Under the pieces are notes generated by a model. It did not search any database and was not told where the DNA came from. It saw only the letters and a list, made by a program, of their open reading frames with translations. Below are positions 19,318 through 29,846 of a stretch of DNA of 57,822 nt, piece after piece. A program made the translations under genes and the position numbers. Origin of the DNA: a virus. Taxonomy: Duplodnaviria; Caudoviricetes. The stretch lies in IMG/VR virus record IMGVR_UViG_3300036885_000101, positions 1 to 57,822 of that record, one strand, 5' to 3'. Each line of letters opens with the position of its first letter. The first letter of the stretch is position 1.

Positions 19318-22300
19318 ATGAGCGAAACCGTTTACGGCGTGCAGATAAAGCTTGAAGACAGAGCTCTTCCGGTAACGGCAGGCATTGACTTCGGACTTTA
19401 TAACCGCGTATATAACCTTTCGCTCAGCATACCAAAAAACGCCACTGTCGCGCATGTGGCAACGCTTTCGATCAATCTCCTTGAAAACAGATTGCCGATT
19501 ACCATTCATGACGGCGTACATTCAGAGTCAAATATTATCACGTCGATTGATCCAACAAACGGTATATTGGGCCTGCTTTGGCCCACTACGCAAGGATACA
19601 ACATTTCAGGCGGTAAGGTACAAGCTGATTCAGTTTTCCAACTTATCCAGAATGACATAGCCGGACTTGATAGCAGTTGGAAAAGCGGCGTTCTAATGCA
19701 GGACGGAATAGGTAATTTCTCGCGCAAGATCGACTTGAAGCGAATGGGAAACATTGCATCACCAGGATCATGCACCATTGAACTGAAAAATACGAATCAG
19801 TTTCACAAGGAAATGAATGATCGTGGCGTTTATTTCAATGGACAAATTGCAAAGATTTTTAAATTCACCGGGACATCAAAATCACAAAAGTGGATAGGTG
19901 AATGTCAAAAACCTACCTGGACATCGAAGCGGTTTAAAATTCCTGTCAATGGAATTTACAACAAGAGAATATCGAACATTTCAACAGTGATAAGCAACGA
20001 TCCCGTGAGTGGAAATTACAAACTTGCCGGTGATAATGCCAATGGTAAAATAGTTCCTATCTCCCTTGGTAAACTCTATCCAGTGACCGGAGCGCCGAAT
20101 AGGTATGCGAAGTTTTTGAGAACAAGTGAAAAGCAAACAACATTGACCAACGATGATGGAGTTGGAAACTATTGCCTCCCTCGCGGTATAGATATTTTCC
20201 CCCTCATTGGATATGGTGACAGTTCGTCGACGGCGCATCTGGCATATAAGATCGAGTTTGGAACCTCTGCTGTAGGCACTTTTCAACTTGATTTATCAGG
20301 AAAATATATTCAGGTCATTGTTGGAGGTTCTTCAGACGGAACATCTTTTGTTGGGAAGTATAGGAAAATAGTAAAGCATGTTCAATTGTCAGGAACCTCG
20401 GCAAATGGATCTCCTATAATAACCGGGATTTCCAGCACTGTTGATTTTCTTGTTGGAACCAAGATAAAATGCAGTGCCGGATTTGCAAGCTCTCTTTTCG
20501 ATTATACTATACTTTCAAAGACTTCTACTACCATAACTCTTGATGCCAATTCAAATTCATCAGGTGGATTGACTGTCGTTCAGGGATATTATTTTATAAG
20601 TCAAGGTGATACTGCTTATATTGTCCTTGAAAGCTTCTTTGAAAAGGATTTGTATGCGGTATCAGGCGCGATTGATTCTCCTCCTGCTTTGAACGCATGG
20701 GTGAAAATTGTTGATATTCCTTTTGAATTTAAGGCCGATGAATGGCCGTGTGACGGATTTACTGACGAAAGCGGCGTTCCTATTGTATCAGGAGATTATC
20801 CGCGCCTTGCTGCATACGGCCATGTTGTTTCATCAAGTACGGCTCCTATAGTGCAAGGCGTTACAATTCCTGATGTAAGTTTTATTCAGATACCAACATT
20901 CGGGTATCTTGTTGATCTTTCGGCGGCCGGAAAAAACCGACTTATTATGGACTTGAAATTATTCAAAGATAGTCCAGACACAATGAGCACTTTTTCAATA
21001 TTTCCATGCAAGAATTTGACTGATTATATCGCAGCGAATTTGGGTCTTTTCGGGTTTGCTGGAGTAGTCAATAAAACAAGTGGCGGAACGGGCAACGCTT
21101 ATTCCGGTCACGGTGTTGTTGGAAATTTAGCGCAACAGATATTCTCTCCCGGCGCTTTTGACCGGGATGATAGTACCTACGAGAAAAGAATAATAGTGGG
21201 CAATTTGGAAGAGTCTTCAGATTTCAGTATTTGGTCTGCGTTTGATTTTGATTTGCCATTGGACAAATTGGTCATTGAATATGATGCCTATTATATCGGG
21301 GTAAACTTCGCTTCATCAAACGCCAATGGTCTTTATATCACCGATGGAAGATTTTTAATGATGTACCGAAGGTTTCTTGGAAACGCTAAGGTCATGAATT
21401 CAAATTTCAATTATTCTGGTTCAATTTTTTCAAAGTATATGGAAAGCCAATCCCCTTATCTGGGATTTGAAAATTTGAGCAGAATAGACAACCTTCCTGA
21501 TTATTATTATTTAAAAAGAGCATTAAGGGATAACAATAAAGCGTTCTATTTTAGTATTGATACTTCCGCTACGCATCTTTTTTCAATCACGGGATTGTCT
21601 CTTTTCAATATAAGCGACTTTACAACAATAGATAATATTAAATCAATAATAAAGGCATCGCTTGTTTATGGGATAGAGGGGGCAACAGATATAGGAATTG
21701 TTAATCAAACGGTCCGCATTATTGAGCTTGCCCTCATCTGCGAAAAATCCTTCAACATTGCCTCCGACCTCTATGCCATGTTCATCGGTCGCATTTATAA
21801 TGACACCTTCGGCGGGCGCAAAACAACAACTGATTACCCAAGCGACCCGGTGAACATGCTGGAAATGATTTGCCGCTTGCAGGGCGGTTCCGAGAACGAT
21901 TTCACCGACGTTAATGGCTGGGGCCATTCTTATTGGAAAAATGCGCTTATAAAAACAACGGGGGATGGCAGCTTCGATGATGCGGTTGACCCTGACCTTG
22001 CCTCTATCAAAACCCTTGATTGTGGCGGTCAAATCCTTGACTACAAGAACGCACAAACCAACGATATCAAGCGAAAGCTCTGCTATCAATTTGGTATGGC
22101 TAACTGGGTAGATGCAAACGGAAACGAGTGCGTTAAGCCGATAAGGAAGGGAATTCATTCTCCCACCGACATCATAACGATTTATGACATTCTTGACCGT
22201 TCATCCATCGAAGTAAATTATCCTGACCCTGTTGACCTGTATGCAGAGCCTTTCGTGCAATACAACAAAAATCCGGCAACAGGGAATTATGATTCGATTA

Positions 22301-22818
22301 TCAAGGTAACGAATATCGGTTTCGAAAATCCTACCGATGCACAAAAACTTTCCTTTGTCATCGGATGTCAAAGCCAATCGTCGGCAACATATATCTATGA
22401 TAAGTGCAAGGACATTTTCAAGCGTGCCGGGGCGGTCGAGCCAGCACCAAGCGATATGACAGACCTTGATTTCGTCCATGATTACGATACCGCTTTGCAA
22501 CATTTGATCGACTGGATTAATTGGATGTACAATCCTGAAATCAGTTTCAAAATACCTACAAGTTCCGTCGATGGATGGGAAGAGTGTCACCGTTTTATCA
22601 TTCAATTACCGCACCAAACGGACAACGTAGAAATTGAATGCTTGCTTGAAGAACATACAATCAACCCGAACAATGAGCACGAATCAGTTATCAAAGCAAT
22701 TATGTTTTCAGATACAATACCGGAAGGGTTTAGCTTTCAGGATTCTTTGCAATTGATCGGGCAGCTTTCGCAAGACACTAATATTTTAAGCAATCCCTTA
22801 AAACAAGCTGGTAACTAA
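19318..22818 (+). CDS. Large tail tip / hub protein
   Basis: 1166 aa in tail-tip position; GKIVPISLG motif. Confidence 0.65.
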   Translation: MSETVYGVQIKLEDRALPVTAGIDFGLYNRVYNLSLSIPKNATVAHVATLSINLLENRLPITIHDGVHSESNIITSIDPTNGILGLLWPTTQGYNISGGKVQADSVFQLIQNDIAGLDSSWKSGVLMQDGIGNFSRKIDLKRMGNIASPGSCTIELKNTNQFHKEMNDRGVYFNGQIAKIFKFTGTSKSQKWIGECQKPTWTSKRFKIPVNGIYNKRISNISTVISNDPVSGNYKLAGDNANGKIVPISLGKLYPVTGAPNRYAKFLRTSEKQTTLTNDDGVGNYCLPRGIDIFPLIGYGDSSSTAHLAYKIEFGTSAVGTFQLDLSGKYIQVIVGGSSDGTSFVGKYRKIVKHVQLSGTSANGSPIITGISSTVDFLVGTKIKCSAGFASSLFDYTILSKTSTTITLDANSNSSGGLTVVQGYYFISQGDTAYIVLESFFEKDLYAVSGAIDSPPALNAWVKIVDIPFEFKADEWPCDGFTDESGVPIVSGDYPRLAAYGHVVSSSTAPIVQGVTIPDVSFIQIPTFGYLVDLSAAGKNRLIMDLKLFKDSPDTMSTFSIFPCKNLTDYIAANLGLFGFAGVVNKTSGGTGNAYSGHGVVGNLAQQIFSPGAFDRDDSTYEKRIIVGNLEESSDFSIWSAFDFDLPLDKLVIEYDAYYIGVNFASSNANGLYITDGRFLMMYRRFLGNAKVMNSNFNYSGSIFSKYMESQSPYLGFENLSRIDNLPDYYYLKRALRDNNKAFYFSIDTSATHLFSITGLSLFNISDFTTIDNIKSIIKASLVYGIEGATDIGIVNQTVRIIELALICEKSFNIASDLYAMFIGRIYNDTFGGRKTTTDYPSDPVNMLEMICRLQGGSENDFTDVNGWGHSYWKNALIKTTGDGSFDDAVDPDLASIKTLDCGGQILDYKNAQTNDIKRKLCYQFGMANWVDANGNECVKPIRKGIHSPTDIITIYDILDRSSIEVNYPDPVDLYAEPFVQYNKNPATGNYDSIIKVTNIGFENPTDAQKLSFVIGCQSQSSATYIYDKCKDIFKRAGAVEPAPSDMTDLDFVHDYDTALQHLIDWINWMYNPEISFKIPTSSVDGWEECHRFIIQLPHQTDNVEIECLLEEHTINPNNEHESVIKAIMFSDTIPEGFSFQDSLQLIGQLSQDTNILSNPLKQAGN

Positions 22819-23171
22819 TGGCAAGCGATAACATATACAATCAGCCTGGCGCACAAAAAATATATCTTACTCTTGCCAATCAGACCGACGAAGTATTGAC
22901 TGATGACATGGGAAAATGCAAAATTGCTGTTTCAACAGATGAAAAACTCCTTAATTATACTGATGATGTTGGAACAAAACATAAATGCGCCGAATACGGG
23001 AGTAGTGGAACATCCATTGATATTTTTGCTCCGGCCTCATGGCCCGCTGCGGTTGCGGATCACCCGATACTGTTTCTCGACAGCGGCAGCGGGAACCTGA
23101 TGATACGCATGCCGACGAATAGCCCGTTTGGAGGCGTGGCGAGAGAAATAAACGCGAGTGACCCATTATAA
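22818..23171 (+). CDS. Small tail/adaptor protein (hypothetical)
   Basis: Translationally coupled to the upstream gene. Confidence 0.5.
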   Translation: MASDNIYNQPGAQKIYLTLANQTDEVLTDDMGKCKIAVSTDEKLLNYTDDVGTKHKCAEYGSSGTSIDIFAPASWPAAVADHPILFLDSGSGNLMIRMPTNSPFGGVAREINASDPL

Positions 23172-23180
23172 AGGAAAAAC

Positions 23181-26060
23181 ATGAAATACCTTTTTATCTT
23201 ATTTCTGTCAACCTGTTGTTTTGCCATTAATCCACGTACATCATGGCAGTCAGGTATGTTTAGGGATAGCCTTCAAGACTCCGCAGTTCTCTCCGCCCCC
23301 TTTCTTGGTACGGCGGCAAATGGGAAAATTATAGAAAGCCATGCAAAGGCAGATTCTTCAAAACTTGCAGATTCTTCAAAGCGTGTTGACAATCGTTATT
23401 TATTATTACACGCTAAAGCCGATTCTGCTGTCAAGGCCGACACTTCTTTGCGTTATGACAATCGTTACCTTGGACTGCATGCAAAGGCGGACTCATCTGT
23501 AAAATCAGATACGTCAAAAAAATACGACAACCGATATTTGGGCTTACATGCAAAGGCGGACAGTGCGGTCAAGGCCGACACCGCCCTTCACGCCCCGAAT
23601 CACAACGTGACAATCGGCACGATCCCCGTCAGCGCCACGGCGAGTACGTGGGGGAATAGTATTATACAAGACAACGGAACCGCTATCGGCGTGAATCGCG
23701 CCCCGCTTGCGCCTTATATTGACGCAGTGCGGGCGACTGCCACAAATGCAAACAACAGTGTCTTTAGATTTGATGCAGTTGACACTTGCAATACCGCAGG
23801 AACATTTAACAACTCATCCACTGAGGCGTATGCCTACGAGTATGATAATGGATCAACCAACAGTGGAAGCAATATTGGGTTTTATGCAGAAGCGTTGAAG
23901 AAATCAGGCGGTGGAACATTGACAGACAATGCAGCGTTCAGCATAAATTTTGGAAACGCAAGCGCGGGAACGCTTACAAATAACTATGGTATTTCGTTGA
24001 CGCAAAACAAAACCGGCAACATAGGAACTTCTTATGGATTAAAATATTCAACGTTGGGAGCAGGAACTGTTACAAACGATTGGTTTTTGTACTCTAATGT
24101 AAATTCTCCGTCATGGTTGACAGGATCATTGGCTGTTGGAGGAAACGTAACACCTATTACCCCGCTTGCTTCTTTGCACTCAATAAATGTTGCATCGAAC
24201 AGCGGCTCAGGCATTCCAAACTGCGCCTTGTATCTTTCCGGCAGTGGTGGGACGACAGTTACTGACGGCGTAAGTTTAGTTTTCAACCCTATTTACAATT
24301 CATTTGCATCGTACAAAAACTGGATAGGCGGGGTGCAAATTTGTGCAATGAAGCAGGCGGTAAACTATGATTGTGACATGGTGTGGTATCTCAACACAGG
24401 GACATCTCAAACGTCAACGGCAGAGGCTATGCGGTTAATCGGTAGTACAGGCGCGCTGAAGCTTGCGCAATATGGTACAGGCAGGCCGTTGTTTACATCC
24501 GGTACAATGTCGTTAGCACCCCTGACCGCCGCGGAGTGCGCGGAGGCGGTGAGTGGGACGACGAATTATCTGGCAAGATTTACAGGCGCAAACACCGTTG
24601 GAAATGGTTTGGTGTATGACGATTTGACAAGTGTCGGAATTAATTGCGCACCGCAGACTATTGGTGCACAGATTAAAACGCTGGATATCAGATCAGGAAC
24701 GCATAATTCTGGCGATGGTGCCGGTTTATTGCTTGGTAAAGATAATGCAAAAAAAGGTGTGTTTTATACTGTCGATGACAATTTGTATATTGAGAGTATT
24801 TCCGGCTATACGGATATTGATAATCTTAAGGTAGGCATTAACACGCTAAAACCATATGGGGGAACTGGCGTTGGGGGGCTCACAATTAATGGACTATATT
24901 ATCCAGTATTAGATTTTCAGTATCATGGCGATACCAGTATGTGTTTAATGTCAGGATCAGTTAGTCATTTTGATATTACTACTAATGGAAACAGGTACTT
25001 GTCTTTCGGAACAAATGATTTAGAACGGATGCGTATTCTTTCCAATGGCAAGGTTATTGTTGCCGGAAATGATAGTATTGGTGGAGATTTGCATGTCAAC
25101 GGTGCGACGTATACCACAAATATTGGTTTGGGAACCGTAGGTTTGATAGATTGTTATGCAAACACCCCAGGATTGACAATTAATGCCACAACAGGAAACT
25201 TAATATTACAAGCATCTGGCGGAAATGAGGTTCGGGTTTTCTCGAATTTTAAGGTTACAGGAAATGACACCGTGGTTGGAAACGACACTATTGGTGGGGA
25301 TTTAAAAATAGGCGGTGCGACTTATACCAAATCTGTTGGTTTAGGTGCTGTTGGCTTGATAGACGTTTATATGAATTATCCCGGCTTGACAATCAACGCA
25401 ACGGCAGGGGATATGACGCTGATGGCGACCGGGGGAAACAAGGTCAAGGTCATGTCTAATTTATATGTTTCCGGGAACGATACGATAGGTGGGAAATTAG
25501 CCGTTCTTAATGATAAAATCTTCACCCATTATATCTACGGAAATTCAGGTTCTCCAGATGATACAATAGATGGGTTTGTTTTTAAAAACTGTAGTTTTGG
25601 ATTTCCAGATTGGAATTTCTTTGAGAATATTGGTGGTGGTGATCGTTCATTAATATTTTATAACGGACGGTCATTTGGTACTAGTATAACATTCGACACC
25701 CTTGGTGATGTTTATAGTAATGACTATCATGACTATTTTAATTCGTCAACAAAAAACGGATGGGCAAGTTATGTTTCTGGAACCATAAATATAAAATCAA
25801 TCGGCAAAACCCTTTTTTGCGAATTCAATATAGCGGGGACAGCAAATAGTGATGTAGTCACTTATTTTTCATTACCGGTTACACCTGCTTTTTCGTATTG
25901 GCAATCAACCTGTGTCTTGACTCTTAACGGAACAACAAGTATTGGAATTGTTGAGTATTTTAGCACTAATACAATAGCAATTTACACAGGATCAGGGAGC
26001 AATCTCCCAACATCAGGAAACAAAACAGTGAACGGATCCTTTTCGTTTCAAATAAAATAA
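23181..26060 (+). CDS. Tail-fibre-like protein with N-terminal signal peptide and internal repeats
   Basis: MKYLFILFLSTCCFA; GTTNYLARFTG..VG, ERMRILSNG and AEAMRL fibre motifs; 23-aa and ~71-aa repeats. Confidence 0.75.
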   Translation: MKYLFILFLSTCCFAINPRTSWQSGMFRDSLQDSAVLSAPFLGTAANGKIIESHAKADSSKLADSSKRVDNRYLLLHAKADSAVKADTSLRYDNRYLGLHAKADSSVKSDTSKKYDNRYLGLHAKADSAVKADTALHAPNHNVTIGTIPVSATASTWGNSIIQDNGTAIGVNRAPLAPYIDAVRATATNANNSVFRFDAVDTCNTAGTFNNSSTEAYAYEYDNGSTNSGSNIGFYAEALKKSGGGTLTDNAAFSINFGNASAGTLTNNYGISLTQNKTGNIGTSYGLKYSTLGAGTVTNDWFLYSNVNSPSWLTGSLAVGGNVTPITPLASLHSINVASNSGSGIPNCALYLSGSGGTTVTDGVSLVFNPIYNSFASYKNWIGGVQICAMKQAVNYDCDMVWYLNTGTSQTSTAEAMRLIGSTGALKLAQYGTGRPLFTSGTMSLAPLTAAECAEAVSGTTNYLARFTGANTVGNGLVYDDLTSVGINCAPQTIGAQIKTLDIRSGTHNSGDGAGLLLGKDNAKKGVFYTVDDNLYIESISGYTDIDNLKVGINTLKPYGGTGVGGLTINGLYYPVLDFQYHGDTSMCLMSGSVSHFDITTNGNRYLSFGTNDLERMRILSNGKVIVAGNDSIGGDLHVNGATYTTNIGLGTVGLIDCYANTPGLTINATTGNLILQASGGNEVRVFSNFKVTGNDTVVGNDTIGGDLKIGGATYTKSVGLGAVGLIDVYMNYPGLTINATAGDMTLMATGGNKVKVMSNLYVSGNDTIGGKLAVLNDKIFTHYIYGNSGSPDDTIDGFVFKNCSFGFPDWNFFENIGGGDRSLIFYNGRSFGTSITFDTLGDVYSNDYHDYFNSSTKNGWASYVSGTINIKSIGKTLFCEFNIAGTANSDVVTYFSLPVTPAFSYWQSTCVLTLNGTTSIGIVEYFSTNTIAIYTGSGSNLPTSGNKTVNGSFSFQIK

Positions 26061-26118
26061 GGAGGTTTTTAATGAAAAAGAAATTGTTGTTTCTATTTAT
26101 CCTTTTAGGAGGTGACTT

Positions 26119-26436
26119 GTGAAATCATTAATTATCATTCTCGCTCTCGCGTCGGTATTGTTTGCCCAGGACAGCGTTACCGTTACCCCTGTTGCAAAGA
26201 GATATGTGGTAGTGCAAGGAATTAATATAAACCCGGCGAGCAGAATGGTTGACGCGGTAACTCCCGTAGAATTATATCCGTATATCTCAGCGGACACAAT
26301 GCAGAAAAACTTGCCGCCGTTTAGAATAAACAGGTTGACATGGAAATATTCTGATTTTGGGGCTGACAGTGTGGTTTTTATCAAGGCTGCGGCGCTGGTC
26401 ACGGCAAAAGTAAAAGCAAGGATCACACTGAAATGA
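26119..26436 (+). CDS. Small secreted protein
   Basis: GTG start with AGGAGG; MKSLIIILALASVLFA signal peptide. Confidence 0.65.
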   Translation: MKSLIIILALASVLFAQDSVTVTPVAKRYVVVQGININPASRMVDAVTPVELYPYISADTMQKNLPPFRINRLTWKYSDFGADSVVFIKAAALVTAKVKARITLK

Positions 26437-26615
26437 AACAGTTCCTTTGCAAGCTTGGTCTTCACTATTGGGAATACTCTCTTAATAAGAAGGTGCGCTA
26501 TTGCATTCGTATAGGGTGCGGGAAGAGGCAGTATTTCAACGGGGTTCTTTGGTTTGATGATAGGCGAAAACAAACAACCGGAGAGGAACGCAACAATGCA
26601 GTACGTAAAAGATAA
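26433..26615 (+). CDS. Small Cys/His protein
   Basis: ATGA overlap; LCKLGLHYW..C.R.GC pattern. Confidence 0.5.
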   Translation: MKQFLCKLGLHYWEYSLNKKVRYCIRIGCGKRQYFNGVLWFDDRRKQTTGEERNNAVRKR

Positions 26616-27027
26616 GTCGATGCAAGATGACCCAACGCAACGTGAAGGTGATAACGGTAATATACCGACAGCTACACAGCGGCGTTTTGATATTGAGTAT
26701 GAGATCGAGCAGAAAAGGAAAATTGAATTTGATGCTATTAATGGGAAAATTGCAATTCTTAATGACAAAATCGGCGGCATTGAAAAGCTAGTTACTGAAA
26801 TTCATGAGGCTCTTAATGGTCTGGTCAGTGAACGTGGCGCTCTTAGCCGGTTGGAACTCGTAGAAAGTAACCAAGAGCTTTTAGCGGAAAAACTGAAAGC
26901 CTTAAATAAAGAAATGGAACAGTTTAAGTTGATAGACAATACTGTTCTGATTGCACACGCTGTTGACTTAATGGCGCGGCTTGAATCAAAACTGGACCAC
27001 CCGCGCAGGGGTGAGTATGGCACCTGA
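26596..27027 (+). CDS. Coiled-coil hypothetical protein
   Basis: GGAGAGG RBS before ATG 26596. Confidence 0.55.
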   Translation: MQYVKDKSMQDDPTQREGDNGNIPTATQRRFDIEYEIEQKRKIEFDAINGKIAILNDKIGGIEKLVTEIHEALNGLVSERGALSRLELVESNQELLAEKLKALNKEMEQFKLIDNTVLIAHAVDLMARLESKLDHPRRGEYGT

Positions 27028-27286
27028 AAACCGCAGAAATGTTGACAATGTACGTTCGATAGTTCGTGACATTGTTTCGGGTGGTACCTTTCTCGGGCTG
27101 ATTGGGTTGGTGTTCTACGCTGGGCAATTGGTAGAACGATTCGACAATTTTTGCAAGACGCAAAATGAAATAAACATAAAAACCAATGAACGGATAATTC
27201 AGACATCGAACGACGTTTCTGTTTTGCGGGATTGGAAAGTGGCATCAACGCAGCAACCGTTTTATAAAATTTCGGGTGAAAAATGA
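27017..27286 (+). CDS. Single-TM coiled-coil protein (holin/antiholin-like)
   Basis: TM segment GTFLGLIGLVFYAG followed by coiled coil. Confidence 0.45.
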   Translation: MAPENRRNVDNVRSIVRDIVSGGTFLGLIGLVFYAGQLVERFDNFCKTQNEINIKTNERIIQTSNDVSVLRDWKVASTQQPFYKISGEK

Positions 27287-27993
27287 TTCCTTCGCTTCTC
27301 ATTATCTTCCTTTTCATCGGCCATAGCAATATGACTGGTTATTGTGCTGCTATGGACACGGTGACAAATCAGCATGTTTACAGTTATGACGTGAAGCGCG
27401 GGTTTTACAATTGCACAGACCGAGACCTTGGCGGTGGAAGCGGTTCACCGGTAATGCCGTTTCTTAAGCGCATGTCGACGATGTATCCGGGGTACAATTT
27501 TTGCGGAATACGGTTTGCGGGACCATGCAGGCAGGCTTTCCACGTCTATTCTGAACAGCGACACCGTGAAGCAATCCATAATATTGTGTCACAAGTAAAG
27601 GACAAGGGCATGTTCGGCGGGGTATTGCTCATGTTTGGCGTGATAGAAAATCAGTACGATGGTGTTGACAGTCTTGAGTTGTCTCTTATCAAATTGGTTG
27701 CTTTTCTCAGGGCTGAAACAGGTGTAAAATTGCCGGTAATTCTTGGAAGGTTTGAAGAAAATGGAGATAAAATTCAGGGTGCGCCCATGTTTAAACACGA
27801 AAAACAAACAGTGAAAATTATAAATGGTATGCCGCAACTGATTGAAAATCTTTCCTTGACACCTTTTAAACCTGTTCCGAAAAGCGACTTTTGCGACAAC
27901 CATCATTATGATTCTAACGGATATAAAATCTGGTCGCATGACGCGGCAACAATTTACAAATATAACGGTTATGACGAATGGAGTAGACCATGA
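27283..27993 (+). CDS. SGNH/SASA-family carbohydrate acetylesterase with hydrophobic N-terminus
   Basis: FLFIGHSNM nucleophile block and C-terminal DNHHY. Confidence 0.75.
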   Translation: MIPSLLIIFLFIGHSNMTGYCAAMDTVTNQHVYSYDVKRGFYNCTDRDLGGGSGSPVMPFLKRMSTMYPGYNFCGIRFAGPCRQAFHVYSEQRHREAIHNIVSQVKDKGMFGGVLLMFGVIENQYDGVDSLELSLIKLVAFLRAETGVKLPVILGRFEENGDKIQGAPMFKHEKQTVKIINGMPQLIENLSLTPFKPVPKSDFCDNHHYDSNGYKIWSHDAATIYKYNGYDEWSRP

Positions 27994-29837
27994 AACGCAT
28001 ATTTTACTTTCCTGGCCTAAAGTTAAATAAGAAATTCCTTATTTTACTTTCCGTTCTCGTTCTGGCGCTGGCGGCAGGGGCGACCCCTACGCACAGCGGG
28101 AGGACGTGGACGGCGGCAACGTGCGGGTATGCGGATGTGCAAGAGGCGTATGACTCATGCCCTGAAAACGGCGTGTTGATTGTTCCATCCGGTTCTGCAA
28201 CATATACCGGCACGCAAAGAATTACCATAACGAAAGCGATACATATTCACGGCCAAGGTCCTACACCTTCCGGCAAGGCCAAGGGCAGCGGGGCTAATGC
28301 TCCCGTACTCACTCCCGCAACTACATATCAAGGGTGGTATTATTGGGGCATCTTTGAAATCTCTCCGACCACTGATAAACGAATAAGAATCTCAAATTTC
28401 AATTTTACCACGGCGGCGCACACTTACCCTTATATCCGCATCAATGGAAGCACGTCGAATGGCACGGCTTTGACCAAAATCCGCATTGACCATTGCACGT
28501 TTAATTTTGGGAGCGCTCAAACAACCGTGACGGGAAATGTATGCGGGGTCATTGACCATTGCATATCTGTGAATGCAGACATAGGTGTGATGCTGAGTGG
28601 AGACGATCATTATTCTTGGCATCGGGCAATAACGGCGGGAACGGCAAATGCTTGGCATATCGAACAGGACTCATTAGTTATTAATGGAAGTTTTGGAGCC
28701 GATAATTTACGACAGCCGGTTTATCAACAGGATGGGGCGAGATCGACGACTCGCTACAATACGTTTGACGCTGTCGGATATACGAGCCAATACGGACTCC
28801 TTTGGGATTCGCATGGGTATATGCCATGCGTTACGGGGTGCCGTGGACAACCGATTGTCGAGGTGTACAATAATCAATTCAAGGTTTATCGAACCTATGA
28901 TTTTACTGATAGCCGGGGCGGGTCAAATATATGGCATGATAACAATTTCACTTATGTAACTTCTGGAACCGACCCTATGCAATTACGTGATGAACAAGCA
29001 TGGACTTCGGGCGGGTTTTGGTGCCCTACTCCTGGGCCGTGCCCGTATTCGTCTCGATGGCCGTCTATGGATCAGATCAATAATAGTTTTTATTGGAACG
29101 ATACTTTACAAGGGGTGGTAATTACCGATATCACGCTAAGCACCTCGACGGAAATACCATACATCGTTAAAGACCGGGATTACTTCATGCACGCGCCTGC
29201 GGCAACGGGTGGTTATGAGTCATGGCCGGACAGCGCAGGGTCGATGAATATGACCTTTACGGCAGGAACGCAGCTTTATTATCCGTACACGCCTTACACC
29301 TACCCGCACCCACTGACACGCTCCTGTTATTGGAAAGATAGCGCGAATAGAATCGGAGCGAATAGTTTCTATGTTATTGACACTTGTTATAATGATACTG
29401 GCACAATCAGAATTTATGCGACCGTAGACACAGCCTCTTGGGGAAGCAGCAAGGCAAGCGCGGTTGTCGGGCCGGGAACGCGCTGTACTCTTAGCGCGAC
29501 AGGCGTTGCATCTGGCAAAAATCAGGTTCGCATGACGTTCACCGGCGCAGATTATTCGGCGGGAATAACCGATACTTTCCGCTTTGCGGATTCTACAGTC
29601 GGGACAAAAACTCCGATTACGCTTGGTTATACGCCAAAAGCATTTCATCGCGGGTTGAACGGCAATCAAGCGGCGAGTGTTACTGGAAATATATTAAAAG
29701 TGATATTTGTAAATAAGACCTTATTCCCACCACCACCTGGAATTTTAGTGGATTCAACAACCGGAAACTTTCATGGAACAGCGACAACGAAACATACGGA
29801 AATAGCTGTTCCTGTTGCAGCAATACCGCAACCATAA
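27990..29837 (+). CDS. Secreted pectin-lyase-like beta-helix protein (glycan binding / depolymerase)
   Basis: Signal peptide; DVQEAYDSC..LIVPSGSA, IDHCTF, VEVYNNQF, YTPYTYPHPL. Confidence 0.7.
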   Translation: MKRIFYFPGLKLNKKFLILLSVLVLALAAGATPTHSGRTWTAATCGYADVQEAYDSCPENGVLIVPSGSATYTGTQRITITKAIHIHGQGPTPSGKAKGSGANAPVLTPATTYQGWYYWGIFEISPTTDKRIRISNFNFTTAAHTYPYIRINGSTSNGTALTKIRIDHCTFNFGSAQTTVTGNVCGVIDHCISVNADIGVMLSGDDHYSWHRAITAGTANAWHIEQDSLVINGSFGADNLRQPVYQQDGARSTTRYNTFDAVGYTSQYGLLWDSHGYMPCVTGCRGQPIVEVYNNQFKVYRTYDFTDSRGGSNIWHDNNFTYVTSGTDPMQLRDEQAWTSGGFWCPTPGPCPYSSRWPSMDQINNSFYWNDTLQGVVITDITLSTSTEIPYIVKDRDYFMHAPAATGGYESWPDSAGSMNMTFTAGTQLYYPYTPYTYPHPLTRSCYWKDSANRIGANSFYVIDTCYNDTGTIRIYATVDTASWGSSKASAVVGPGTRCTLSATGVASGKNQVRMTFTGADYSAGITDTFRFADSTVGTKTPITLGYTPKAFHRGLNGNQAASVTGNILKVIFVNKTLFPPPPGILVDSTTGNFHGTATTKHTEIAVPVAAIPQP

Positions 29838-29846
29838 GAGGAAACC

